Of a stretch of DNA of 64,000 nt, positions 8,376 through 17,192 are shown piece after piece. Source of the DNA: an uncultured Gammaproteobacteria bacterium (GTDB lineage: Bacteria; Patescibacteriota; Patescibacteriia; SG8-24); assembly GCA_964491475.1 (NCBI GenBank), contig CAZBFO010000003.1:72766-136765 (forward strand). The letters are read 5' to 3'. The first letter of the stretch is position 1. Each line of letters begins with the position of its first letter. The notes under the pieces were generated by a model, which was given only the letters and a program-made list of their open reading frames with translations, searched no databases and was not told the DNA's origin. The translations under genes were made by a program, and so were the position numbers.

Positions 8376-9182
8376 ATGAAAAACATCGCAATAATGGGGG
8401 TTGGCTGGGTTGGCGGTACTTTGGCTCGCTACTTCGAAGAGCAGCCTAATCTGACGGTTTTCCGCTACGATCCGCCAAAAGGGTTGGGGCAGCTGCCAGA
8501 TTTGGCGCAGGCCGACGTCATCTTCATCTGCCTGCCTACGCCATACGACGAGGCAGCGGGCGGCTTTGACCTCTCTTACGTGCGCGAGGGCGTGGCGTCG
8601 ATTCCGGGCGAGAAGCTGGTGGTCATCAAGTCGACCGTGCTGCCCGGCACCACCGAGGCGCTGCAAAAGGAGTTCCCGCGGCACCGTTTTTTGTTCAGCC
8701 CCGAATTCCTGCGACAGGCGCATGCCGATCAGGATTTCCGTTCGCCCGACCGGCAAATCGTCGGCGTCACTGCCGCCAGCATCGTCGATGCGGCCAAGGT
8801 GATGGCCGTCCTTCCGGACGCGCCGTTTCAAAAGATCGTCGGCGCCACCGAGGCGGAGACCGTCAAGTACTTCGGCAACTGCTTCCTGGCGATGAAGGTG
8901 GTGTTCGCCAACCAGGTGTTCGACGTTTGCCGGGAACTGGGCATCGATTACGACACTGTCCGCGAATGCGCTTCGGCCGATTCGCGCATCGGCGACAGCC
9001 ATCTGCAGATCATGCACGACGGCAAACGCGGCTATGCCGGAAGCTGTTTTCCCAAGGACATGCGGGCCTTCATTCAGCTGGGGGACCGGCTCGACGTCGA
9101 CTTGGCGCTGCTGAAGGCCGCCGAGAAACTGAATCAGGAAATCCTCGCCCGCAATCCGGCCAAGGAGAGGCAGGCTCAATGA
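8376..9182 (+). CDS. UDP-glucose/GDP-mannose dehydrogenase-family protein, short form lacking the C-terminal UDP-binding domain
   Basis: MKNIAIMGVGWVGG Rossmann start. The central domain carries ...FLAMKVVFANQVFDVCRELGIDYDTVRECASADSRIG...YAGSCFPKDMRAF, matching the UDPGDH catalytic-Cys region. The stop TGA at 9180-9182 overlaps the downstream ATG (ATGA), so no C-terminal domain is encoded. Confidence 0.6.
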   Translation: MKNIAIMGVGWVGGTLARYFEEQPNLTVFRYDPPKGLGQLPDLAQADVIFICLPTPYDEAAGGFDLSYVREGVASIPGEKLVVIKSTVLPGTTEALQKEFPRHRFLFSPEFLRQAHADQDFRSPDRQIVGVTAASIVDAAKVMAVLPDAPFQKIVGATEAETVKYFGNCFLAMKVVFANQVFDVCRELGIDYDTVRECASADSRIGDSHLQIMHDGKRGYAGSCFPKDMRAFIQLGDRLDVDLALLKAAEKLNQEILARNPAKERQAQ

Positions 9183-11290
9183 AGCTGATGCGGGTGACAC
9201 TGGCTTTCATGCGAAGAATCCCGAGAACAACTCGTCTCGCACGCGTCATCGCGCTGGCGTTCTGTGCCTGCGCCGTTTTGGCGTCGCCTGCGCTGGCAGC
9301 CGCGGCGACAACGACAACGCTGCCCCCAGGTCGCCTTCCCGACGACACCTACTTTTCCAAACAGTGGAACCTCACCAAGATCCGCGCGCCCGAAGCCTGG
9401 CAGACCAGCCTCGGCTTCGAGGGCGTGACCATCGCCATCATCGACAGCGGCGTGGACATCGATCATCCGGACCTCAAGGACAACGTCTGGCGCAACCTCA
9501 AGGAGATTCCCGACAACGGCATCGATGACGATCGCGACGGCTACGTCGACGACGTTCACGGCTGGGACTTCGTGGGCAACGACAACGACCCGCGTCCGGA
9601 CATCAGCGGCGGTTACAGCGTCATCGGCGCCAATCACGGCACCGTCGATGCCGGCGTCGCCGCGGCCCGCGGCGGCAACGGCAAAGGCATCGCCGGCGTG
9701 GCCTGGCAGGCCACCATCATGCCGATTCGCGTGCTCGACTCGAACGGCGTCGGCAAGCCCGAAGACGTGGTCCGCGCGGTCCAGTACGCCGTCGACAACG
9801 GCGCCAAGATCATCAACTTGAGCCTGTCGGGACCGTCGTACAATCCGGCGCTGTCCGCCGCGTTGCGGCGCGCCTATGACCAGGGCGTGTTCGTGGTGGC
9901 CGCCACCGGCAACGCGCCGGACGGGGGAGAGGCGGTCGACCTCGACAAGAGCCCCCTGTATCCGGTCTGTTTTGACAGCGGTTCGGACGAGAACTTCGTC
10001 TACGGCGTTGCGGCGGTCGACGAAAACGACGTCCGAGCCGGCTTTTCCAACTTCGGCGCAGCCTGCGCCGACATCAGCGCGCCGGGAACGCGCATCATCT
10101 CGACCCAGTTCCGCCTGCCCGACAACAAGAACTTCGTCGACGCTTACGGCGGCTTTTATAACGGTACTTCGGTCGCCGCCGCGGAAGTCTCGGGCGTGGT
10201 GGCGCTCATCCGCGCGCTCGACTACGACCTCACGCCCAAGCAGATCATGAACATCCTGACCGAGACGTCGGTCAAGATCGACAAGCAGAACCCCAAGTAC
10301 TTCGGCAAACTCGGTCGCGGCCGCATCGACGCGGCGGCGGCCGTTGCCCGCACCCTGGAACTCATCCATAAGCAGGAAGCGCCGCCGGTGCCGACGGCTT
10401 CGCTGCTTCCTCCGGGCACCCGTCGCATCATCGTGACGGCGCCCGGAAAGGGACGCGCGCCCGAAATCCGCATGTTCACCGACGACGGGACGTTCATCCG
10501 GGCGTTTCCGGCCTTCAGTGCGCCGTTCAGGGGGGGCGTGAGCTTGGCCATGGCCAACATCGGCGGCGTTTCTCGTAACGCCATCGTGGCGGGAGCCATG
10601 ATGGGCGGGGCACCGTTGGTGCGCGTGTTCGACATCAACAGCCGCCTGATCGACACCTTCGCCGCCTACGACGCGTCCTTCGGCGGCGGCGTGAGCGTCG
10701 CGGCCGCAGACATCGACGGCGACGGCAGGGACGAGATCATTACCGGCGCGGGTCCGGGCGGCGGTCCGCACGTCCGGATTTTCACCCCCAACGGCACGCC
10801 CGTCGGCGGATTTTTCGCCTTCGACGCGCAGTCGCGATCCGGCGTGAACGTCGTCGCGGCCGACTTGGATGGCGACGGCAAAGCGGAAATCATCGCCTAC
10901 CGACCGAACGGCGAAGGCATCAAGGTGTTCAGCGCCAAGGGCGAACTGCGCTCGTCGGTCGCCACGCCAAAGCACATCACCGGCGTTTTCATCGCCGACG
11001 CGAACGGCGACGGCAAGTCCGATTTCGTGGCCAGTTTTGCCGCGGCAAGGGGAGTTCCGGCGTATCGGGCGTTCGGCTTCGAAGGCTTTTTGGCCGACTA
11101 CGCCGCCGACGGCAAGCCAGTCGACCCGTCCGGTCTCGTGAAGACGCCTCTGCGCAACCTGCTTCTGGGCAGCGGCTCCAAGTCGCCGCCGGCCGTGACA
11201 GTGGCGGGGCTCCGCGGCATGCCGTTGCGGTTCTCTGCCTACGAGCCGTCGTTCCGTGGGGGAGTCAGCGCGGCGTTCGCTTCGCCGTAA
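9179..11290 (+). CDS. Secreted subtilisin-like serine peptidase (S8) with C-terminal FG-GAP/VCBS-type repeats
   Basis: Signal peptide MKLMRVTLAFMRRIPRTTRLARVIALAFCACAVLASPALA. Catalytic triad motifs IIDSGVD, HGTVDAG, GTSVAAAEVSG. C-terminal repeats DIDGDGRDEIITGAGPGGGPHVRIF and DLDGDGKAEII. The 8927 start in the ORF track is an antisense-overlap extension. Confidence 0.8.
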   Translation: MKLMRVTLAFMRRIPRTTRLARVIALAFCACAVLASPALAAAATTTTLPPGRLPDDTYFSKQWNLTKIRAPEAWQTSLGFEGVTIAIIDSGVDIDHPDLKDNVWRNLKEIPDNGIDDDRDGYVDDVHGWDFVGNDNDPRPDISGGYSVIGANHGTVDAGVAAARGGNGKGIAGVAWQATIMPIRVLDSNGVGKPEDVVRAVQYAVDNGAKIINLSLSGPSYNPALSAALRRAYDQGVFVVAATGNAPDGGEAVDLDKSPLYPVCFDSGSDENFVYGVAAVDENDVRAGFSNFGAACADISAPGTRIISTQFRLPDNKNFVDAYGGFYNGTSVAAAEVSGVVALIRALDYDLTPKQIMNILTETSVKIDKQNPKYFGKLGRGRIDAAAAVARTLELIHKQEAPPVPTASLLPPGTRRIIVTAPGKGRAPEIRMFTDDGTFIRAFPAFSAPFRGGVSLAMANIGGVSRNAIVAGAMMGGAPLVRVFDINSRLIDTFAAYDASFGGGVSVAAADIDGDGRDEIITGAGPGGGPHVRIFTPNGTPVGGFFAFDAQSRSGVNVVAADLDGDGKAEIIAYRPNGEGIKVFSAKGELRSSVATPKHITGVFIADANGDGKSDFVASFAAARGVPAYRAFGFEGFLADYAADGKPVDPSGLVKTPLRNLLLGSGSKSPPAVTVAGLRGMPLRFSAYEPSFRGGVSAAFASP

Positions 11291-11300
11291 TCCTGCGCCC

Positions 11301-11726
11301 ATGTTTGACGCCCTGCACCGCTACTATCGCCATCTGCGCGGCTTCATGACCGGCCAGTTCTTGCGATTCGCGGTAGTCGGTGCCTCGAACACGGCTCTCG
11401 ATTTCTTCGCCTACTTGGCGCTGACGCGCGGCTGGCCGTGGTGGAGGACGCACTTGGTGCTTGCGGCGACCGTGTCGTTTTGCGTGGCGGCTTCTTCCAG
11501 CTTCCTGCTCAATAACTTCTGGACTTTCGGACGCACCGGCGACGGCTGGCACCGGCGGGCGCCGAAGTTCTTCGCCGTGGCCGTGGGCGGTCTTGCCTGG
11601 AATGCGCTCATCCTGCACCTGCTGACCGCTGCAGGGATGCACGACATCTTGGCCAAGCTGCTGGCGACTGCGGCGGTGATGGTCTGGAACTTCACCTTGC
11701 AGCGGGCCTGGACCTTCCGGTCGTGA
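11301..11726 (+). CDS. GtrA-family membrane protein (polyprenol-linked sugar flippase-like)
   Basis: About 140 aa with 4 TM helices. FLRFAVVGASNTALDFFAYLAL and WNFTLQRAWTF motifs typical of the GtrA family. Confidence 0.7.
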   Translation: MFDALHRYYRHLRGFMTGQFLRFAVVGASNTALDFFAYLALTRGWPWWRTHLVLAATVSFCVAASSSFLLNNFWTFGRTGDGWHRRAPKFFAVAVGGLAWNALILHLLTAAGMHDILAKLLATAAVMVWNFTLQRAWTFRS

Positions 11727-11787
11727 GTGGCAGGTTCCGTGCCAGTCGAGGTATACTTTCGGCATTCCCCTCCAGCACTTCCCCCCT

Positions 11788-12807
11788 ATGAGCAACCTTC
11801 CCCCCATCTTCGGAAAACGCAACGTCCTGGTCACCGGCGGCGCCGGTTTCATCGGCACCTTCCTCTGCGAGCGCCTGCTCAAGGAAGAATGCCGCGTGAT
11901 TTGCATGGACAACTTCGCCACCTCGCGACCGGAGAACATCGCGCATCTTCTCAAGAGCCCCGACTTCGAGTTTATCAGGCACGACGTCAACGAGCCGTTC
12001 AGCCTGGAGGACTATCCGGAACTGGCTCTGTTCAACCTCAAGCTGCAGGGCGTTCAGGAAATCTACCACCTGGCCTGTCCCCGGACCGGTCGCCGCTTCG
12101 ACCAGTTCCAGCTGCAGACGCTGCTGACCAACTCGGTCGGCCTGCACAACGTTCTCGAGGTGGCCGTGAAGTGGAAGTCCAAGTTCTTCCTGGCGTCGAG
12201 CGCCGTGGTGTACGGGCCGCGCCCGTTCGACGGGCACCTCCTCAAGGAGGGGGAATACGGCACTTTCGGACATCTCGAAACCAACAGCTGCTACGACCAA
12301 GGCAAGCAGTGGGCGGAGACGATGGTGGACACTTACCGCCAAGTCCACGGCATCGACGTGCGCATCGGCCGCATCTTCCGCACCTTCGGGCCGCGCATGC
12401 CCCTCGATGACGGCCACCTGATTCCGGACTTCATCCAGAACGCCATGGACGGAAGGGACATCGTGGTGTTCGGTCCCGATCTGCGCAGTTCGTTCCTGTA
12501 CGTCACCGACTGCGTCGACGCCGTCGTGCGCATGATGCAGACGGTCAAGGACCCCGGACCGGTGAACATCGGCAGCGACTACGACCTGCGCATCTCCGAC
12601 GTCGCCAAGCTGATCATCGAGCTGACCGGATCGACCTCGCATATCCTCAACGATCAGCCCCCGTACTACATGGCCCAGCACGGCCTTCCCGACCTGACCA
12701 AGGTGCGCGAAGAGCTGGGCTGGATTCCGATTATGACCTTCGAACAGGGCTTGCGCCGCACTATCGAGTACACGGTCGCCAACCGCGGCCTCATCAAAGA
12801 GCTGTAA
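11788..12807 (+). CDS. UXS-family NAD-dependent sugar-nucleotide decarboxylase/epimerase (UDP-glucuronate decarboxylase-like), paralog 1
   Basis: VLVTGGAGFIG, CYDQGKQWAETM and RIGRIFRTFGPRM align closely with UDP-xylose synthases. The TSE motif position reads SSAVVYG, so the Glu is not conserved. Confidence 0.8.
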   Translation: MSNLPPIFGKRNVLVTGGAGFIGTFLCERLLKEECRVICMDNFATSRPENIAHLLKSPDFEFIRHDVNEPFSLEDYPELALFNLKLQGVQEIYHLACPRTGRRFDQFQLQTLLTNSVGLHNVLEVAVKWKSKFFLASSAVVYGPRPFDGHLLKEGEYGTFGHLETNSCYDQGKQWAETMVDTYRQVHGIDVRIGRIFRTFGPRMPLDDGHLIPDFIQNAMDGRDIVVFGPDLRSSFLYVTDCVDAVVRMMQTVKDPGPVNIGSDYDLRISDVAKLIIELTGSTSHILNDQPPYYMAQHGLPDLTKVREELGWIPIMTFEQGLRRTIEYTVANRGLIKEL

Positions 12808-12879
12808 ACGGCCAAAATGCCCTTATTTTAGGGCATTTTTGCGTAATTCCGGCGTCTTCCCTATACTGAAGCAGTACCT

Positions 12880-13905
12880 ATGCCTGCTAAACCCATCTTC
12901 GAAAAACCGAACGTCCTGGTCACCGGCGGCGCCGGCTTCATCGGCTCATTCCTTTGCGAAAAGCTTCTCGCCGACAGCCGCGTGGTCTGCGTCGACAACT
13001 TTTCGACGTCGCAGCAGACCAACATCGACCACCTGCTGAAGAATCCCGACTTCGAGTTCATCCGTGCCGACTTCAACGAGCCGGTCGACTTCGGCAACCT
13101 GCCGGAGCTGGAGCGTTTCCAGTTCAAGTTCCAGGGATTCCAGGAGATTTACCACATGGCTTGCCCGACCTCGGCCAAGAAGTTCGAGGAATTGCGCCAC
13201 CAGACGCTCTTGGCCAACTCTGTCGGCATGCGTAACGCGCTCGACCTCGCCGTGGCCAACAAGGCCAAGATTTTCTTCGCTTCCTCCAGCGTGGTGTACG
13301 GCAAGCGTCCTCCCGACGCGCACTTGCTCAAGGAAGAGGAATACGGCAACTACGACCACCTCACGCCGCGCAGCTGCTACGACGAAGGCAAGCGCTGGGG
13401 TGAGACCATGTGCTACACCTACAAGCAGGTCCATAATATCGACGTGCGCATCGGCCGCATCTTCCGTACTTTCGGACCGCGCATGCTCCTGAACGACGGC
13501 CAGATGGTTCCCGACTTCATCCAGAACGCCCTCGACGGTCGCGACCTGACCATCTACGGCGACGAGTCGTTCCGCTCGTCGTTCGTCTACGTCTCCGACG
13601 TGGTCGACGCGATCATGCGCCTGATGCGCCTGCCCAGGGATCCCGGCATCGTCAACATCGGCAGCGACTACGACATCCGCCTGGTCGACGTCGGCAAGAA
13701 AATCATCGAGATGACCGGCTCCACTTCGAAAATCAAGTTCGAGGCGCCGCTGCTGTTCATGTCCGAGCTGGCGTTGCCCGATCTGACCCGCGCCAAGGAC
13801 GATCTCGGCTGGCTGCCGCTGGTCTCGCTCGAGACCGGCCTCAAGCGCTCCATCGAATACACCGTGGCTCATCGCGGCCTGCTGCGCCCGTCGCTGGACA
13901 AGTAG
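12880..13905 (+). CDS. UXS-family NAD-dependent sugar-nucleotide decarboxylase/epimerase, paralog 2 (tandem duplicate)
   Basis: VLVTGGAGFIGSFLCEKL, SCYDEGKRWGETMCYTYKQ and RIGRIFRTFGPRMLLNDG are near-identical in motif order to human and bacterial UXS. The TSE position reads SSSVVYG. Confidence 0.8.
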   Translation: MPAKPIFEKPNVLVTGGAGFIGSFLCEKLLADSRVVCVDNFSTSQQTNIDHLLKNPDFEFIRADFNEPVDFGNLPELERFQFKFQGFQEIYHMACPTSAKKFEELRHQTLLANSVGMRNALDLAVANKAKIFFASSSVVYGKRPPDAHLLKEEEYGNYDHLTPRSCYDEGKRWGETMCYTYKQVHNIDVRIGRIFRTFGPRMLLNDGQMVPDFIQNALDGRDLTIYGDESFRSSFVYVSDVVDAIMRLMRLPRDPGIVNIGSDYDIRLVDVGKKIIEMTGSTSKIKFEAPLLFMSELALPDLTRAKDDLGWLPLVSLETGLKRSIEYTVAHRGLLRPSLDK

Positions 13906-13915
13906 GTCCCGCAGT

Positions 13916-14596
13916 ATGAAGATATTTGCCGTCATCCCCAACTACAACGAACGGGGGAGGATAGGCGCGGTCGTCCGCGCCCTGCTTCCGCGCGTCCACA
14001 AGGTCATCGTGGTTGACGATGGCTCTTCGGACGGCTCGGTAGACGAGGCCGTGGCCGCCGGTGCCGACGTGGTGCGGCACGTACTGAACCGCGGCCAAGG
14101 CGCCGCTCTCAAGACCGGTACGGTGCTCGCCGCCGCAGAAGGCGCCGACGTCATCGTGCACTTTGACGCCGACGGCCAGCATGACCCCGAGGCCATACCC
14201 GCGTTGACCGCGCCGATCGTCGAAGGTCGGGCCGACGTGGTGTTCGGCTCGCGCTTCCTGGGCGTGACCAGCGAGGGCATGCCGTTCTCGCGCCGCCTGC
14301 TTCTCGCCGCCGCGCGGCTGTTTTCGGCCGTGGCGTTGGGCATCCCGCGCCACGTCACCGACCCGCAGAGCGGCATGCGCGCGCTGACGCCGGCCGCCGC
14401 CGAAACCATCGACTTCATGCAGGACAGGATGGCGCACTGTTCCGAGATTCTCCGCAACGCGCATGCCTCCGAGCTGCGCTGCGTCGAGGTGCCCATCAAG
14501 GTGCGCTACACGGCCGAGACGCTGGCCAAGGGCCAGAAGGCCGCCGACGCCTTCAAGATCGTCTGGCAGCTGCTGCTCGGTTCGTTGCAGCGCTAA
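13916..14596 (+). CDS. GT2 polyprenol-phosphate glycosyltransferase (GtrB/DPM1/CsbB-like)
   Basis: MKIFAVIPNYNE...VVDDGSSDGS...DADGQHDP DxD-type GT-A motifs. About 226 aa, the typical size for bactoprenol-phosphate sugar transferases. Confidence 0.8.
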   Translation: MKIFAVIPNYNERGRIGAVVRALLPRVHKVIVVDDGSSDGSVDEAVAAGADVVRHVLNRGQGAALKTGTVLAAAEGADVIVHFDADGQHDPEAIPALTAPIVEGRADVVFGSRFLGVTSEGMPFSRRLLLAAARLFSAVALGIPRHVTDPQSGMRALTPAAAETIDFMQDRMAHCSEILRNAHASELRCVEVPIKVRYTAETLAKGQKAADAFKIVWQLLLGSLQR

Positions 14597-14607
14597 CCGA
14601 CACCGAG

Positions 14608-14955
14608 ATGCTGATTCAGGTCGTACTCGTGGTCATCTTCGCGGTGGTGCTGGCGCTCACTTGGAAGCGCGCCGGCCAGGGCACCATGTCGCGCCGCGAC
14701 GCTTTTTGGTGGAGCCTGCTGTGGATCGGCGCCGCCGTGGTGGTGCTGCGTCCCGATTTCGCCACCGCCTTCGCGAGCATGCTCGGCGTGGGCCGCGGCG
14801 TCGACGCGATCATTTATCTTTCGATCATCGCGCTGTTCGCGCTCATCTTCCGCGTCTTCCTGCGGCTGGAAAAAATCGAGCGCGACATTTCTTCGCTGGT
14901 GCGCACGATGAGCATTGCGCAAAGGACCGGGAAGCGCGACGGCGATCAGAAGTAA
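14608..14955 (+). CDS. Small membrane protein, DUF2304-like (typically encoded next to GT2 genes)
   Basis: 115 aa with 3 TM helices and a basic tail. Position and size match DUF2304 members. Confidence 0.5.
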   Translation: MLIQVVLVVIFAVVLALTWKRAGQGTMSRRDAFWWSLLWIGAAVVVLRPDFATAFASMLGVGRGVDAIIYLSIIALFALIFRVFLRLEKIERDISSLVRTMSIAQRTGKRDGDQK

Positions 14956-14965
14956 GTCACCGCGT

Positions 14966-16033
14966 ATGTCCGAACAGCGCACGAAGGTCGCGGTCATCAT
15001 CGTCACGTATAATGCGGTCCGGTTCATTCCGGACTGTTTTGGCAGTCTCGCGGGCATGAATCGCACCGGACTCGACGTGGACATCCTGGTCATAGACAAC
15101 GGTTCCAAGGATGCCAGCGTCGAGATGCTCAAGGCGTATCCGCACGCGGAGGTGATCGTGTCGCCGACCAACTTGGGGTTTGCCGGCGGCAACAACTTGG
15201 CGATGCGCATGGCGATGGATCGGGGCGCGGAGTTCGTCTACCTGCTCAACCACGATACCGAGATCACGCCTGATTTTTTGGTGAAAGCCGTCGCGGCGGC
15301 CAAGGCGGATCCCAAGGTCGGTTCGGTGCAGTCGCTGCTGCTGCTTTCGCCGAGCAAGGATCTGGTGAACAGCACCGGCAACGCCATACATTTTTTGGGA
15401 TTCGGCTACTGCCTCGACTACAAGCGCAAGGCCGACGACGTGCGCAAGCAGTACGCGGACAAGCGGCCGGAAATCGCCTACGGTTCCGGCGCCGGCGTGC
15501 TGTTCCGCTGCGAGCTGCTCAAGAAAATCGGCCTGCTCGACGAGGAACTTTTCCTGTACCACGAGGACTTGGACCTGGGTTGGCGCGTGCGGCTGGCGGG
15601 GTTCAAGAACGTCTTTATGCCCGAGTCGGTCATCTATCACAAGTACGAATTTTCGCGCAGCATTTCCAAATACTATTACATGGAGCGGAACCGCTACGTG
15701 GTGTTCCTGAAGAACCTGCGCCTTTGGTCGCTGGTCGTGCTTTTGCCGTTCATGATCTTCGCGGAGCTCGGCCTGCTGCCGGCGTCGTTCCGCAGCGGCT
15801 GGTGGAAGGAGAAGCTGCGCTCCTACGGCTACTTCTTTTTGCCATCCACCTGGAAGCGGATCGCGAACGAGCGACGCGCCATGGCCAAACTGCGCGCGGT
15901 CAGTGACCGCGAAATCGTCCGGCTGTGGTCCTCGACCATCAGCTATCAGGAGGTGGCCGGCACCTTCACCCGCTGCGTCGCCAACCCGCTGATGACGCTG
16001 ACGTGGACCGTCATCCGCAACCTCATCGTCTGA
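14966..16033 (+). CDS. GT2 glycosyltransferase (rhamnosyltransferase/WbbL-like)
   Basis: VAVIIVTYNAVRFIPDCFGSL...DNGSKD...LNHDTE GT-A motifs. Start at the internal MSEQRTKV rather than the upstream M. Confidence 0.75.
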   Translation: MSEQRTKVAVIIVTYNAVRFIPDCFGSLAGMNRTGLDVDILVIDNGSKDASVEMLKAYPHAEVIVSPTNLGFAGGNNLAMRMAMDRGAEFVYLLNHDTEITPDFLVKAVAAAKADPKVGSVQSLLLLSPSKDLVNSTGNAIHFLGFGYCLDYKRKADDVRKQYADKRPEIAYGSGAGVLFRCELLKKIGLLDEELFLYHEDLDLGWRVRLAGFKNVFMPESVIYHKYEFSRSISKYYYMERNRYVVFLKNLRLWSLVVLLPFMIFAELGLLPASFRSGWWKEKLRSYGYFFLPSTWKRIANERRAMAKLRAVSDREIVRLWSSTISYQEVAGTFTRCVANPLMTLTWTVIRNLIV

Positions 16034-16034
16034 T

Positions 16035-17192
16035 ATGGCCAAGCGCATCGCCATCGTCACGCCGGCGTTCCCGCCGTACCGCGGCGGCATCGGCACCGTG
16101 GCGGCGCAGGACGCGGCCGCGCTGGCCGCGCTCGGTTTCGAGGCGCACGTTTTCGCGCCGGCCAAAGGGGATTCGGCTGCGGCCGACGCCGCGCGTCCTT
16201 ACGCCGTGCACCGGCTCAAGCCGCTTCTGCAACTGGGTCACGGCGCATTCCTGCCGTCGCTCGGCAAACTGCTGCGCGACTACGACCTGACGATCTTGCA
16301 GTACCCGTTCTTCGGCGGTGCCGAGCCGCTGTGGCTGGCGAAGAAGCTGGGCGCGAAAGGGAAGCTGGCGATGGTCTATCACATGGACGTGGAAGGCGCG
16401 GGCGCGCTGAAGCCGTTCATCGCCGCGCATGCGCGCCTGCTGATGCCTCGCATCGTCCGCGGCGCGGACGCGGTGGTTTGCACCACCAAAGATTACTGCC
16501 TGCATGGGGCAATCGGTCCGCTGATGAAGGCGAGACCTGAACGTTTTGCCGAATTGCCGCCGTCGGTGGACGCGGCGCGTTTCGCACCCGGTCCCAAGTC
16601 GCAGGCGCTGCTGACGAAATACGGGATCGCCTCCGGCACCAAAGTCGTGACGTTCTGCGGAGGGCTCGACACGCCGCACTACTTCAAGGGCGTGCCGTCG
16701 CTGTTGGCGGCATTGGCCGACTCGCGACTGGCAGGCACGCATGCGGTGATCATCGGCGACGGCAATTTGCGCCCGACTTTCGAGGAACGCGCGCGTTCGC
16801 TGGGCATTGCCGGTCGCGTCACCTATGCCGGAAACGTTCCCGACGCCGCACTGCCCGACCATTACCGACTGGGCGACGTTTTCGCCTTTCCCTCCGTCGA
16901 CCGTTCGGAGGCGTTCGGCATCGCCGCGCTCGAAGCCGCGTCATGCGGCCTGCCGGTGGTGGCCAGCGACCTGCCGGGCGTGCGCACGGTGGTGCGCGAG
17001 GGCATTACCGGTCGGCGGGTGGCGGCCGGTTCGGTGCCGCAGCTGGCCGATGCGCTTGTCGCCGTGCTCGGCGACGAGCAGCTGCGGCAGAAGCTTGGCG
17101 CGGCCGGAGCCGCCATGGCCGCCGAGGAATATTCCCTGGAACGCCGCCCCGAACGCTGGCGCAAGATTCTCGCTGACTTCTCGCTCGCATGA
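16035..17192 (+). CDS. GT4 glycosyltransferase
   Basis: IAIVTPAFPPYRGGIG N-terminal and EAFGIAALEAASCGLPVVASDLPGVRTVV C-terminal GT-B (E-X7-E) motifs. Confidence 0.8.
   Translation: MAKRIAIVTPAFPPYRGGIGTVAAQDAAALAALGFEAHVFAPAKGDSAAADAARPYAVHRLKPLLQLGHGAFLPSLGKLLRDYDLTILQYPFFGGAEPLWLAKKLGAKGKLAMVYHMDVEGAGALKPFIAAHARLLMPRIVRGADAVVCTTKDYCLHGAIGPLMKARPERFAELPPSVDAARFAPGPKSQALLTKYGIASGTKVVTFCGGLDTPHYFKGVPSLLAALADSRLAGTHAVIIGDGNLRPTFEERARSLGIAGRVTYAGNVPDAALPDHYRLGDVFAFPSVDRSEAFGIAALEAASCGLPVVASDLPGVRTVVREGITGRRVAAGSVPQLADALVAVLGDEQLRQKLGAAGAAMAAEEYSLERRPERWRKILADFSLA

Noticed and set aside
8927-9178. N-terminal 84-codon extension of the protease ORF (track start 8927)
   Set aside because: This part overlaps the dehydrogenase-family gene in another frame and encodes Arg/His-rich junk. 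The ATG at 9179 gives a proper signal peptide and an ATGA coupling to the upstream stop.
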